Source of the DNA: Azolla caroliniana
Lineage: Eukaryota; Plantae; Polypodiophyta
Reading direction: 5' to 3'
NCBI GenBank assembly: GCA_043228905.1
Contig: JBHGNT010000007.1
Span: forward strand, 2,790,001-2,854,000
Length of the DNA stretch: 64,000 bases
The translations under genes and the position numbers were made by a program. This document shows positions 35,471 through 49,100 of this stretch, piece by piece (within the stretch, counting starts at the first letter, position 1; every line of letters starts with the position of its first letter). The notes below the pieces were generated by a model, which did no database searches, was not told the DNA's origin, and saw only the letters and a list, made by a program, of their open reading frames with translations.

Positions 35471-37984
35471 GTCGAATTTTGTAACATATAAACATAGTAA
35501 GGTAATTGTCTCATTGTTGTTTTGAAATAGTTGTAAATACATTATTTATTCAATGTGTCGATTCACTATGTTTCATCCTTATAGAATGGAAAGACCCAAA
35601 ATAGCCCTTCAAGTTTGTTGCCATTACCTATTAAAGGGCAAATGTTACCATATTCGCTCTTTGTATAGTGGAAAATGTCACAATATCAAAGCTGCAAGGC
35701 CATTTTTTGTTATGAGGAAATCGTTGTACCTTGTACGTGCGCGTGATGATAATTTAATATTTTTGAAGAATTTTTATGACAAAAGCTCGGAACTTGAACC
35801 ATGAAGTTTAGGTGCACAACACAAGTTTCAAAAAGACATATATGTGTATTTGAGATGTTCATAAGGGAGCCCGATGATGCTACGATAAATCATTTTAGAC
35901 AAACAATGGCTTCACATTGTGCTTTGGCACAAAATGACTTGTTAATGATTGGACCTGTTTGCGGGTGGAATTAAAGGTTCAACCTACTTTATGCTAGAGA
36001 ATGCAATCATAGGAGTTAGGATTGGAGATGATTTGATGGGAACATTATCTTGGATCCCAAAGGCTACTTCAACTTTAGTGAAACTATGGCACCTTAATTT
36101 GAAAAAGCAAAAAGTTCCATTACTAACATAAAGAAGTTCAATTATTTAGATGACGCGTATAGCACTTGGAATTCTTTTTCCTCTTCTTGATTCGAACTTG
36201 CATGTAGTTGTGGCTTTGGGCAAGTTGCTCGAAGAAAAAGTTAAAAGTAGAGTGTGACACTTCATGCCCTTGACTGAATTGTTATATGAACAAAATTGTG
36301 GTCCTTAAAGAAGGTAGCTATAGGCCATGGATGTTGGATATTCGAATTTCACTTATTTGTCTCTTCAATGAGGGAACATTGCCATCTAAAGAATGGTTAG
36401 AAAACTCAAAATCTTAATGATACAACCTAGCAAACAATTACCTAGGAAAGGGGTGAACCATGTGGATTGTGTGGAAACTTGTGTAGCTACCATGTAAAGA
36501 TGGTTTGATCCTACAATGTATAATTATGATGGCAAGCCAATAAACAATTAACGAAAGAGTCTCTAATTTTACTACTTTATAATAAGAAGCATAAAGAAAC
36601 TAATGAAATTAAGTAGGAGCTCTCTGAATATACACATATAAAAGAAAATACAACATTGTACATGTCTTGGTTAAAATGTGATCACAATTAGTGTTGCGGA
36701 TCCACTCTAGGGTCTATTCTTAATATGCCACCGCTATAATTCTGCCTTTAAAGATTCTCATCGCACGAGCTCTTAAAAAAGAGGCAGCACATTCAGAAGA
36801 AACTCTGAGGGGAATGTCTTAGGTTGGGATTGAAAGACACGAAAAATGAATCTCTTGAGGGTTAGGAAAAAGGTGTCCCTCATTTTGATAGGTGCAGAAT
36901 CTTGAGCTTATAAAGATCACAATATATCTTCAAAGGACATAAAATTTATGTGAAAGCTCTATTTTCTCATGTAAGGAAAATTATGGATTTGTAAAGAAAA
37001 GGATAGTGTGATAGATTATAAGGAAATTGATAAATCAGTCTAGTTTTATGTGTAAAAAAGAAATTGTTCCATTAGTAAAGGTTTTTTTAATTTTTTGAGC
37101 AATCACCTACAATCGTAGATTTCTTTATGATGTTGATTCAAAAGCACGTTGTGAAAGTTTGAAATAAGAAAGAATTAAGCACATAATTTGGAAAGCTCAA
37201 ACCTCATCAAATAAAATTAACTTGCATAAAGATAGGATGGGGATAGTGGCTATGAAGGTTTTGACAAACATGGTTGGTGCAGTCTTTAGCTCGAGCATCA
37301 TTATGATGGTTATCGAACACCCATTTTGTGAATAAGGTGATTTTCACCCGATCCTCGGGTGCCATGCACACTTAATTGTAATCGTTGAAGCCATCGAGAA
37401 AACTATAAATAATGTGACTAATAACAATAGTGAGGTTGGAGTCACTGAAGGGAGGGGGAATGGGTCAATGATCGTGGTTGCCTTTTAACTTCTAATAGTG
37501 TAGACAAACTCAAAACTATCATATTTTTCTTCAACATCATTACAATTGAGCTAAGTAACATGATATTCATGAAGGTCAAAAAGTTCCTCGAATGATGACG
37601 TAGATTAGCAAGAGTTCAAGACTACTTTTTTTTGGGAGTGGGTCCTAAGATGCTCTTGCTAGAATGATGCAAGAAGACAAAAGCTAAAACGATAAAGTTA
37701 GGAAGCTCTAGAATGTGCTGGATCTGAAGGGCTTCTTTTTAATATTTATGACAATTTGAACTTTTTTTGTAGTTGTTGATAAATACATATATATATATAT
37801 ATTTTGCATTAGCACATTAATTATACATCTATTTAGTGGCGCAACTTTGAGGTCTAATACACATAGAAGTACCATTCATGAGGTACATAGTTGTAGATGC
37901 CTAGGTGTTAAATATGCAGATATAAACAAGCTCAATTGCATGGCGAGTTGTGCACTAAGAAACATGATAAAACCGATGGGTGAG

Positions 37985-38255
37985 CTACGGAAAAACACTA
38001 TATAAGCAATGGGCTCGCCCATAGCGCTTTTCCATTGCACGCCCATTGCTTTTCAATGCTTTTTCATCATGCCCATTGCTTATATAGTGCTTTTCCATCA
38101 CGCGCATATTGCTTTCCTATTGCATGCCCATTGCTTTTCAATGCTTTTTCATCACAAAGCTGATGAAAGTGAAGAGCTACTATGGGCATGCGACGGAAAT
38201 GCAAGAAAAAGCAAAATGTGCGCGACGGAAAAACACTATATAAGCAATGGGCATG
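37985..38255. repeat. Fold-back cluster of direct and inverted ~28-bp repeats upstream of the callose synthase gene
   Basis: ACGGAAAAACACTATATAAGCAATGGGC at ~37988 and ~38225; its reverse complement at ~38071; several GCCCATTGCTTTT copies. Confidence 0.7.
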
Positions 38256-40134
38256 CGGTGGTGGTGGTGGTGTTGATGTTGATCGCAGTTGAGAAAATGT
38301 GAGCCACGGTGAGTTGGTCCATCGATCTGGCCTGAGAATAACGAGAGGGCAAGAGAAACAATCCAAATGAGAAGGTTTAAAGGAAAAATGGTAAGAAATC
38401 TTGAAACCGGAAGGGGCAATAGAAAAACAGAAAGACCAAAAAGCAAAAAGCAAAAATCCGAAAAAGCAAAAAGCAAAAAGCAAAAGACAGGAAAACAGAA
38501 AGCAGGAACTGTGAGTCAAGAGTTAGAAAGCAGTCACTCTCTCTCCTTTTTCATTTCGTAAATAACACACAATCACACACACTCACTCTCTCTCTCTCTC
38601 TTTCAGTTCTGCTTTTCTTCTGCCTCGTCCATTCTTCATCGTTCTTTCTTAACGACCTTAGAAAGTCAAGACTTTACGTATTTCGCAGAACCAGTAAAGT
38701 AATGAACCAGAATAAATAACAACCCACCCTCCATCTCTGGCACAGTCTGCTTCTGATTTGGCTCCTTCTTCTCCATTTCGCATTGATTCCACATCTCTCC
38801 CTTCACTGCAGGTATCAATTAACGACGCTTTGCCTATAATAATAAAGTATTCACATGGCTCCATAGGTATTTGCCTGATGATCTCCTCTAATTCTCGACT
38901 GGTTTAATTAATTCAATATTCATAACTTTCACGGTTATCATTAAATAAAGCTATAATTGTTAATTTCTCTGTTTTTCCATTCCTTCTTGTTGATTGGATC
39001 CATATAATGCCTAATTCATGAACGAAACAAACAAATCGTCGTCAATTTGATTGGATTTCGTCTTTCTTAATGTCCTTCTGGACTAGTTTGCTTATATATA
39101 TTAATTCAAAACTAGCTTTTTTATTATTGTATATGTGCCCTCGACAAATATCAAACAAATCCCTCATTTCGGTTCTATCTATATTCCTTAGGTATCAGGC
39201 AAAAGCTTAGTGACCAATTTCTCTCTGGTTGTTTCTCAACGAAGTTATCTGTGAGTAAAGCTGAAACGCGTTGTTAACATACATGCTGAACTTCTTCATC
39301 CTGGTTTACTCATGAAGGTTTTTGCCAAACTCAGACTAGTTTCATCATCTTGATGTATAAAGATGTCGACCGTTCTGAACAATTCCTGATGTTAATAATG
39401 CAGCATGCCTTCATATATCATAACAATGTTTTACCATTCCTCTAGCTTTCTGCGTTTTTTTTCCTTCTTGACTAGTTTCTTTTAGTATGGTTACTGTTTC
39501 CGCTGTATCTTCTTCCTGGTTTAATTATCATCTAATTGACGTCCATTTCTGTAGAATCTCCTCATTCATCTGGAATCGATGTATTCTTTCTTGAAATAGT
39601 TACTAAAGAACTTGCGAAACTACGAAAAGTTTCATCTTGTTCATGCATAAAGATATATTTCTTTACTGTATCATACTGCATGTATTCAGGTATATTAGAA
39701 GAAGGCTTATCATTCCTCTGGTTTTGTGCTGCTGATCTAATTCTTGACTTTCTTCTTTGAGTATGGTTGAGGCAGAAACACATTGTTGATATACTGCTGC
39801 TTCTTCCTGGTTTGCCAACGAAATTGAAAACACTGACATAATTTTTATGTTGTATATTTGATGGATATGTGTGCTCAGATTTTTTCCGAAGGTTTTGGCA
39901 GTCATTTGCTCCTGCAACCAGCTGTTTCTGAAATAACCTTCCTGAAGTTTTTCAATCATTAAGGTAAAAGGATGTGCAACATCTTTGCTTATCTTTGAAT
40001 TTGCTGAAGCAATGGGAAAGTTATCCCGTAAGATTTACCGATATTGATGAGGTCAGAAGCCTTTTTAATCTTCATCAGCAAGCCAAACAGTGTATATGCA
40101 AAGGGGTTATTGTTTATTTAAATAGTTGGCAAAG

Positions 40135-43100
40135 ATGAACAGCAGAGAAGGTTTGCAGCAGAGGCGTATCTACAGGCCCCTAACAAATACAGGAGAGTTT
40201 AGGGACTTTGAACTTGTTCCTTCATGCTTACCTGAGGTAGTAAACATCTTACGTGTTGCTGATGAGATCGAAGAAAGAAGCCCTAGGGCTGCATTCTTAT
40301 GTATGTACATATTTACAGCTTAATTTGGTTATGAGTAGTATGATGTCTTTTCTCTGAAGAAAGCTTGTATCCACTAATATATCCTGAACTTTATGAGATA
40401 CTTATAGGCAGACTTTATGCATTTGAGCAAGCGCACGAGTTGGATCCTCGTTCGAAAGGAAGAGGAGTTCGTCAATTTAAAACGGCGTTGATGCAGAAAT
40501 TGCAGAAAGTATGTAGGCTTTCTGAATTCTCAATATTGATAACTTCGATAATCAAGTCATGCTAGTCAATTTCCATCTGGAAAGCCTCAAAGATGATAAT
40601 GTCTATTCTTTTGGTGGTAGGAAGATGATGAAACTAAGTTGGAGAGATCTGAATCTAGAGATGTGATGGAATTATATAAATTCTATCAAGAGACTTATGA
40701 AGGCTATGAAGCTGAGGACAATGACAGGTTAGTCTTTTGTGGTGCATAAAAGTCGTTTACTTGTATTTGATGATGCGTATTCAATACTCATTTCCAGCCA
40801 AAGAAAGAACCTCCATTTGTATGATATTCAGTAGTCCTACCATCTGACCGTTGCTGAGGTGTAGGATTAATGTGATGCTATCTTCAAAGCTATGTTATAA
40901 TGCCATTGAATTCTCTCTTGATGCCAAGAAGGGGGCTTATGTTCCAATATATAGTTCTTATGTGACCACTGGTTCCCTGCCACTGATGTTTGGAGTTCTT
41001 GTGTGCTCATCAGGGTACACTATCTAGTATGAAGAACCATGAGGCCATAATGAAATACTGTTCAAATAAGTTTCTGAGCCTACATTTAATCAAAACCATC
41101 TCATCTCACATCCTTTATGAGGGTGCCATGTCATTAGCTCTATCACACATGTGCGAGGGAAGCCGTCATCAAGGGACGAGGTTGATTGAGTGTCTCCACT
41201 GTAAAGATTAAAATAAAATAATAGTGTTAATATAATAGCACTATAAGGAACATGTTAACTATCATAATGGCAGTGAGCCCAAACAACTTTTGTCCAATCC
41301 TCTTGAAAGCACATGATTGGTAGCACTCTTTTGGATCCACCATCAAGCTCATGCATCCCATATTGATGCTTACTGTCTCATGTGTGAGGCTACCCTAAAA
41401 TAGTTCTTTTCAAGTAAGAGTCGGGCTATTGGTTTACATAAACTTCAACCTTTGGTTGTACCTTTCTAATATGGAAAGAACTCTTAAGCACTACATCATC
41501 TCCTTGTTATTATATGCTCATTTGTTCTTTCTAGAGATTGAGTAGTTATTGTTCCATAGATATTATCTTGCTAAAAGTAAATGTAAGTGGCTGATAAAAA
41601 ATCACATCCATAGTATTCATATTGAGTTTTTTTCTATGGGTTTTGGTTTAGTTTCTACCCAAAGAATCAAAGATGTTAATGTATTTCTACCTTTGTTATT
41701 ATTAGATTCTCTGTTCTATGAGAATATTGTTACTCTTAAGTTCTTACAGCTTTTTCTCAATTGTTATAGAGTAGAATTGGCGAAAAAATCATTGACATTA
41801 AAGGTGATCTACGACGTACTTAAGTCAATGGATAAGGATGAAGTCATCATTAAAGAGGTATAACTAGAAAGAATTCGGAAGCTTAACCTGTTTGGATGGT
41901 GTATACTTGATGTCAAAGCGTATGAAGGTTCTTATGAGCGTAGCTTTAACCACAGATCATGGAAGCTAGCAAGAATGTGGAAGAAAAGAAGGAAACTTAC
42001 CCCACTTATAATGTTATTCCTCTTGGGCAAGATAGCAAGTCAGTTACTCACTCAGATGAGGTGTGTTCGATGAATATGCCCCGTTTATTCTTGTGTTTAT
42101 TGTATACTTTTGTTTTACCTAAAGAAGAACCATGAAAGAGTAAATATCATTAACTTTTCTTCTATTTTCCTTCTGATAGCTGAATATTTGAGAGACAAAA
42201 AAGCCTTCTAGATTCTTTCACCCTTAGAATATGGTCTCTTTGGCAGCAGAATAGTTTTGAATCAAGCCCATTATAATAGGCCTCTGGAATACATGCCCGG
42301 AGAGGCTATTTTAAATTTGGGGTTCCCAATGAATTATCATCTGTTATAACATCATGATTAATGGATACTCTTTTTGTGTCCACATGTACATGGGGAAGCA
42401 CAAAGCCCATATGCACGAGGGCAGAGGTGACCATGGTGTTGAATAACCATACTTTGGTACAAGGCTCTTGGAAGTATGTTTAGTGGCATTGTTGTTCTAG
42501 CATGGCTAGAGCTGTATATCCTCAAGTGAGTCAATCCTTCCATGATTGGGCCATTGGAAGAAAGAAAGAAGAAAGATATATCAACGTCTTTTAAAAGGGC
42601 AAAATGGCCTATAAGACCAAACAAGAAATTACATCTTAAGCGTTGTCTTGTCTTTGAGAACAACAAATCAAAATAAAATAAGTACCACTCAGTAAATATA
42701 AAAATAAATAAGATAAAAAGAGACGAGTGAATCTGGTTTTCGGTACATGTGAGATTCTCAAGTTAGATATATTGTAACTTTTGTCTTCGAAAGATCTCTA
42801 GCATAGCTCGATCCAGAATGGAGACGTCTTTGAAGCGAGAGAAGCACTTGCGATGGTGGGAGATAATGGCCTTTATCTGTCGATGACAAGGGTGTTGAGG
42901 TTGTGGTCCATGGGGCCGGATCTACTTGCACGACAAATTGCTATTACCCGATCTATTGTAACCCCTTTGACTTGTAGCATTAGTAGGAGTGATGGGGCTA
43001 AAGAAAGTTGTGATTGTTCTTTGAGGATGAGCTTGTGCGGTTGTATTATTGTCCTTCAACAACATTTCCCTACGTCCCTTGAGTTCTAGCAAGAAAAGTC

Positions 43101-46100
43101 CTAGGCACCGTTGGTCCTCATATTCCATTACCTTGCGTAGCGGTCCAAAGCCTTGTTTAAAGAGGCAATGGTATCTCCCCCTCATTTTGTAAAAGACGCT
43201 ACAGTGACAAACATAGTGTTCTTTGGATTCCACTCCTTGATGATACGATTGACAAATTCTTTCTTCTAGAGGTATTCATGTATACCCACCTACCTCAATC
43301 TCTAACTAAAGTGATGAAGTTCGTAGCTGCCCTATCATGCTGAGTAGTGCATAGGATAGATGTATGTCCATATAAGGTGATCTGATGATGAATTCATCCT
43401 CCAATGTGTAAAAAGTGTGTATTGTAGAGGGCCATCTTTGTACCAAGTGATATTTTGGGGCTGATCCATGTTATCTTGTTTTCGAAGTTAATAATATCAG
43501 TTTGGATCACTCTATTCTTTTCCACTTTGGTCATATTTAGATGGGGGGATTCCAAGCTATATTGGAACGGGGGTAGTTCATTTATACTCATGCCATGTGA
43601 TTCGAACCATTGCGGCATTTCAGCATACCAACAATGAATGTCTCCATTTTCAGCCAGTTGTCTTGATGACTTAAGTGCCAAGCTTGGGTGCCCTTGTTTA
43701 GGGAGCTCCGAAAGATGTTGGATACATGTCACTGATCGAAACAATGCCCCTGTGATTATAGGTGCTGCTCCCATCTCTGCCCAGATTATATCATGGGGCA
43801 CCGATGCTTTGCTACTTATCATGCGGGAATCATTGACACTAAAGGTCTCTCTAAAACTTTCCAATGATTTGCCTTGTTAAGACTCGGTCCACACGTTTCT
43901 ACTCCATAGAGAAGAGTTGGTGTGACAAGTGTATCAAATAACCATAGCTCATTGTCTCTCGAGAGCACCAAGGGCTGCATATCCACGAGAAAGTCAGGCA
44001 CAATCAGTCTCTTGTAAGGAGAACCTAGGCCCTGTAAATGTTACTCCTAGGTATGTGTAGGAGCGTGTGTATTCCACCATTTCCTCTCCCAAGATCTGAC
44101 AATTCTGGTTCTGATCTTGTTACCCATGCTTGAGTGGTGTTAAACACCATCAATTTAGTTTTATCCATGTTTATTGACAAATCTTTGTCCGTACAAAATA
44201 GTTTTAAGGCATTTAGATGTCTTTGTAGTCCCTCTGGAGAGTAAAAAATCAGCACAATATTATCAGCATATAGTAATATTTGTATAGCTATAGCTGCTAG
44301 GCATGCTCCTGAACCTCGAAATCTCTCTATGTAATGTGATACCTCATCTATATAGAGACCAAAGAGAGTGGGTGATAGTGGACAACCTTGCTTCACTCCG
44401 ATTGTGCTAGCCACAACCTCTAACAAACCCTTGGAAGACCACACTTTTCCTGACACGGATTCATTGAGTGCATAGATTCCCCATTTCATATCTGTAGGAA
44501 CACCAAGGGCTTCTAGCTGTTGCATAAGTTGAGCATGTGGCAGTGTCAAAGGCTTTTCGGAAATCCACAAAGCAGCAATAAGTCCTCTTATTAAGACCTC
44601 TGCCCTCCTCTATAAGGGCTCGGCGGGTCAATATGTGATCCAAAGTTGTGAACTGCTTCCGAAAGCCTGCCTGTCCAGCTGAATGGCAGCCATTCCACTC
44701 TTCCCATATGCTCAATTCTGATTCTAGAATTGAGCCATATAGTTTAGCCAAGTAATGACCAACCATGATTGTCCTGTAGTTGCTTGGCATCATGGGGTCT
44801 CCACTCTTGAGGATTGGCACAATGGTATGCTGAGTCCATCTAGTAGGGAAACCTTGATGTGTGCTAGCAATGGGAGCAAGGTGTCATAGGCATAGATCAC
44901 GTGTTCACCAACCAATCCATCATGATCCTGGCCCTTCCCAAATTGTAACCGATCAATGGCACTTCTGACATTTTGTGGAGTAAAAAATGTGTATTCATGT
45001 GGGTGTGAGCCATGTGGGTGGGGAAGAGGAGGTTGCCCCGGGATATCATACATGACCTTTGCATATTCATGGCACACCAAAGGTGAGGTCACTTGTGTAG
45101 TAGGTTGCCTCTCATTGAACATTTTCCATGATCTTTTACTTTCTTGTCCTAGAAACAAACGATACAACTGATCTTCAAACTTAGCTAAATACAATCTCTT
45201 CTTCTTCCTTACAAGGTGTTGGAAGGTTGCTCTCGCTTGTTTGTGTGTATAAATGCCTCAAGTTACTTCACGTTGCAAGCATCTCCTTGTATCACAACAT
45301 TCCTTATCATACCAACTATTTTGTATTACCTACCAAGTTTGAGGGGATTGGCCGTTGTGTGAGGAAAGTCATTTGTGGCTGCTTTATGTGATGATTTTGA
45401 CAATCCTTGGGTAACTTCATCAAAGGGTATGAAAGGATCCAAATCTAGCATGCCTTTGTACACTCCACAACTATACACATCAATTGTCTCACAAGTAAAT
45501 CGATATGTAGCTAGCCCACTCTCCTTAGCATATATATCCCTTGTGCATCCATCCTTTACCCCGAAGCGTAGATATGCATGATCTACTGCCAATCCAATAG
45601 GTCTACCTGATATAGTGAACTCTTTTATTTCAGGTATAAGAGATGGGGATCCCATTAGATAATCAACTGTACTTGCACCTCCTTTTGGGTTCCAGCATGT
45701 CAAAGCATGCAATCCAGGCTATTGTGACAATCCATTATATATCACCAATCCATGCACACTTCCCAAGGTTAGAAAGTGCTTGCCATATTCAGTTATAGCA
45801 CTGATATCTTGAGCTTGTCGCTTTAGATCAACCTCTTCTGCCATAACTTCTCCATAAACAGCATCGTTGGTGTCAAAATAGTTGTTTGTTCATCCTTAGT
45901 TCTTGCATTAAAGTCCCCGAATAGTATTATGTCCCCCATAGTAGACAATTTTATGATATCATCATATAATGGTAGATATGGTGATTCACCTAAAGGTGCA
46001 AACCTTGAGTAGGCAGGTGGAAAGTAGCAAATTGCAAAATATAGCTCCCTAAGATCCCCTCTTTTGATTCATATCCACATGTATCATGCATCTACGTCCT

Positions 46101-49100
46101 TATGCACAACATGCGCTCTACCATGGAGCTCCTTTTTGTATAACATAACCACTCCTCCTGAGCCTCTAGTGCTTCCCGGTGTTCGAGGTTGGGGACAACA
46201 TATTAACTCCCATCTATATCCTTGTACATCAGGGAGTTACATCCTGGATATGCTTAGTAATCCACTACTTCATCTCACTCTCATGATAGGGTAAAGACAA
46301 CTTGTCAGTGAGTCAGTGGATGTGTGGAAGATCATGGGCTTTGCCTTTTCTAGGTTTACCATCTCGGGCATTGAGATGATGTCGTAGACCTACATGAAAT
46401 TCAGAGACCAAGACAATGCCATCAATAGGTATACCTAATATGTCAATTTCTTTGCCGCCTCCACATCGGATGTAGTTCACTACCTTGTCGATGTAGAGTC
46501 CAAAGAAGATGTGGAGTCCTAACTCGTCCCACCACTTGCAGATTTAGCGCATACATAGCCCAGATCGAGTCAAAAGGAATTCGAAATGGACATACTTTGT
46601 AGTTGACGTTCCAATGGTACAATGTCAAAGGGCTTGCAGAATTCTACAAAAGATCCATACCATTGCTTTTTACGTGTTTGCTTGGTACACCAAGCAACGT
46701 AATGTAAAGATGTGGTTGGTGGTAGAGAAGACTCTCATAATTCCTGCTTGGCTTGGGGTTCACATCTCTTCAACCTCGCTGCATGTGTTGAGTTCCGCTT
46801 CAAGCACCACTTCATAAAGTCTGGTGAGCATGCAGCCAATTATGATAGTCTGATGGTTCCATGGTTGGAGAGGTTCCCTGTCTTATGGATAGGTACAGCT
46901 GTATGCATGGCCGATGTGTTGGGAAGACACTCTACCGAGACCCCTATTGAAAATACATGCAAGAATATCCAAGGTTAGGTGATGTAATGCAACAAGGTTA
47001 TATGAAAAAGATGAGCAATGATCTCCAAAATCTGGTGATGATATGGCCCATGTGCTTTATATCTTGGTACTTGTGGTTTCTGTTTGCATTCCCCTTCTCA
47101 CTATATGGTGACTCCTTCACATGTTTTCAGTGGAGGTGCAGGGCTATGGAAGAAATCAGTTATGTGCGACTGACATTGCATCTCACATGCTAAGATAAGG
47201 GATGATTCCCTATTTTTTTGAAGCTCGAGTAAAATCTTGCCAAAAAGTGTAGTGGGTTAGTGTTCTCCATCATTTGTAAAATGGTGATGGAGTTTGTGTA
47301 GAGTGTGGGATGCTTCTCTATGATGTGTTTGTAAGTTGGTGATCTATGTGCAATGCAAAATGTTCCTAGCTTTTGATATCTCCCTCACATTAGTTGCCAA
47401 AGATATATATATATTCCTGAAAAAATATCCTCCATTGGTATTAAAATGAAAGTGGCCAGAGGCCATGTACAAAATAGTCTAATATTACTTCGAATATTGT
47501 AAAGCCATGCTGAATGACTCTAGCCAGTCTTTCTAGGTAAGATAAGTAAGAAAAAATCCCCTCGCCAATCTTTATAGGCAAAGAAATTACAATGATGCCA
47601 TACCATTATCCAAATCAGAGAAATACCCATGCTTTGCATTTGTTCAAATGAATTGAGTGCTTTGTGGCCTTGTCCCTGCTGGACATATGTTATAATGAGT
47701 GCATTCCAAGCTATTCACATCTTGAAAAACAAACTTTTCCAGCCAAAGATTTATATTTGGGAAGTGCTCGTCTTGATTCAATCTCTAGTTGGTAGGAGGA
47801 AATCTTGAGCTGGCCTATTAGTTTCTTTGTGGCATGTAGACGTCATGTACCTTGTCTTTGCATGAATATTTCCTCTGAGCAGCTCATAAAACGATAGTTG
47901 TATTAGACCATCTTTGGACGAAGAGGTTCCCTCGGTGTGATCCAACTCAGTACAGGTAAAGAAATAGTAGATTATGCAGATCAGAATGTTTCAGGGCAGA
48001 TGGTAAATTTACAAATGTTAGAGCTGTAGCCATGAGCACCTTGTTTAGTGAGTATTAATATAATGTCTCATCTTATTCTGCCTATGGGAATTTCAGATAA
48101 ATGCTGCCTTGTCTGCTCTTAGAAACACACATTCTCTATCATGGCCACAAGAAAGGGACCCAAGTAAGCATGTGCTAGACATATTAGATTGGTTACAGGA
48201 TAAGTTTGGATTCCAGGTACTCATTGCTTTAGCTTTCTTAACTCTTTTTTCCTTGCAATGGTGATTTACATTTATTTTTCTCAACTGTCTGGTTATTATT
48301 TGTATAAACTAGAAAGACAACGTTTCAAATCAAAGGGAGCACCTTGTTCTGTTACTAGCTAACATACATGCAAGGGTAGAAGACAGACCTGCCATGGTAT
48401 CCAATCTAAACTGTTATATAACAAAAACTTTTCTAATCCATAACCATAATCATTTTGAATTTTATATCTCAGCTGGATGAGCAGAGCGTGACCAAACTGC
48501 TGGATTCACTTTTTGAAAACTATGAGAATTGGTGCAACTTTCTAGATCATAAAAGTGCCATTATATGGTAAGGCTTAGGGTGAGGAATTTGTCAAAGATT
48601 CAAATGTAGCTCAATATATCATTGAAGAAAATGTGTTCTGATTATGATGGTAAATGGCAGGCACTCAACAAACCAAAACACGATCCAAGAAAATACTCAA
48701 CAACGTAAATTACTCTTCATAGCACTCTATCTTCTAATTTGGGGAGAAGCTGCCAATATCCGTTTCATGCCTGAATGTCTTTGCTACATTTTCCATAATG
48801 TAAGTTCTTGAGCATACTTTTTTTTGTTTGCATAATGGAATGTATATCTCTGGAGTACAATTGTGTCATGAAATTCCCCCCAACCAATCTACTGTGTAGC
48901 ATCACAGTCTATTTTGAGGATGGTGGTTAGGGCTGATGGATGAACCTCACCTCACCTCTCTGTTGCTGCTCCAACTCTCTTCTTTGGTTGCACTTGTTGA
49001 AACCCTAATTTTCTGACTTATCTTTCTTCAATACACTTGTTACACCCACTATTTTCTATTGGGTGAAAATTTGGGGAACCAGCCTTCATGGGGCATGTAA

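Noticed and set aside
46300-47400. Possible L1-type ORF2 C-terminal remnant
   Set aside because: Only vague Trp/Cys-rich similarity; too degenerate to support by eye
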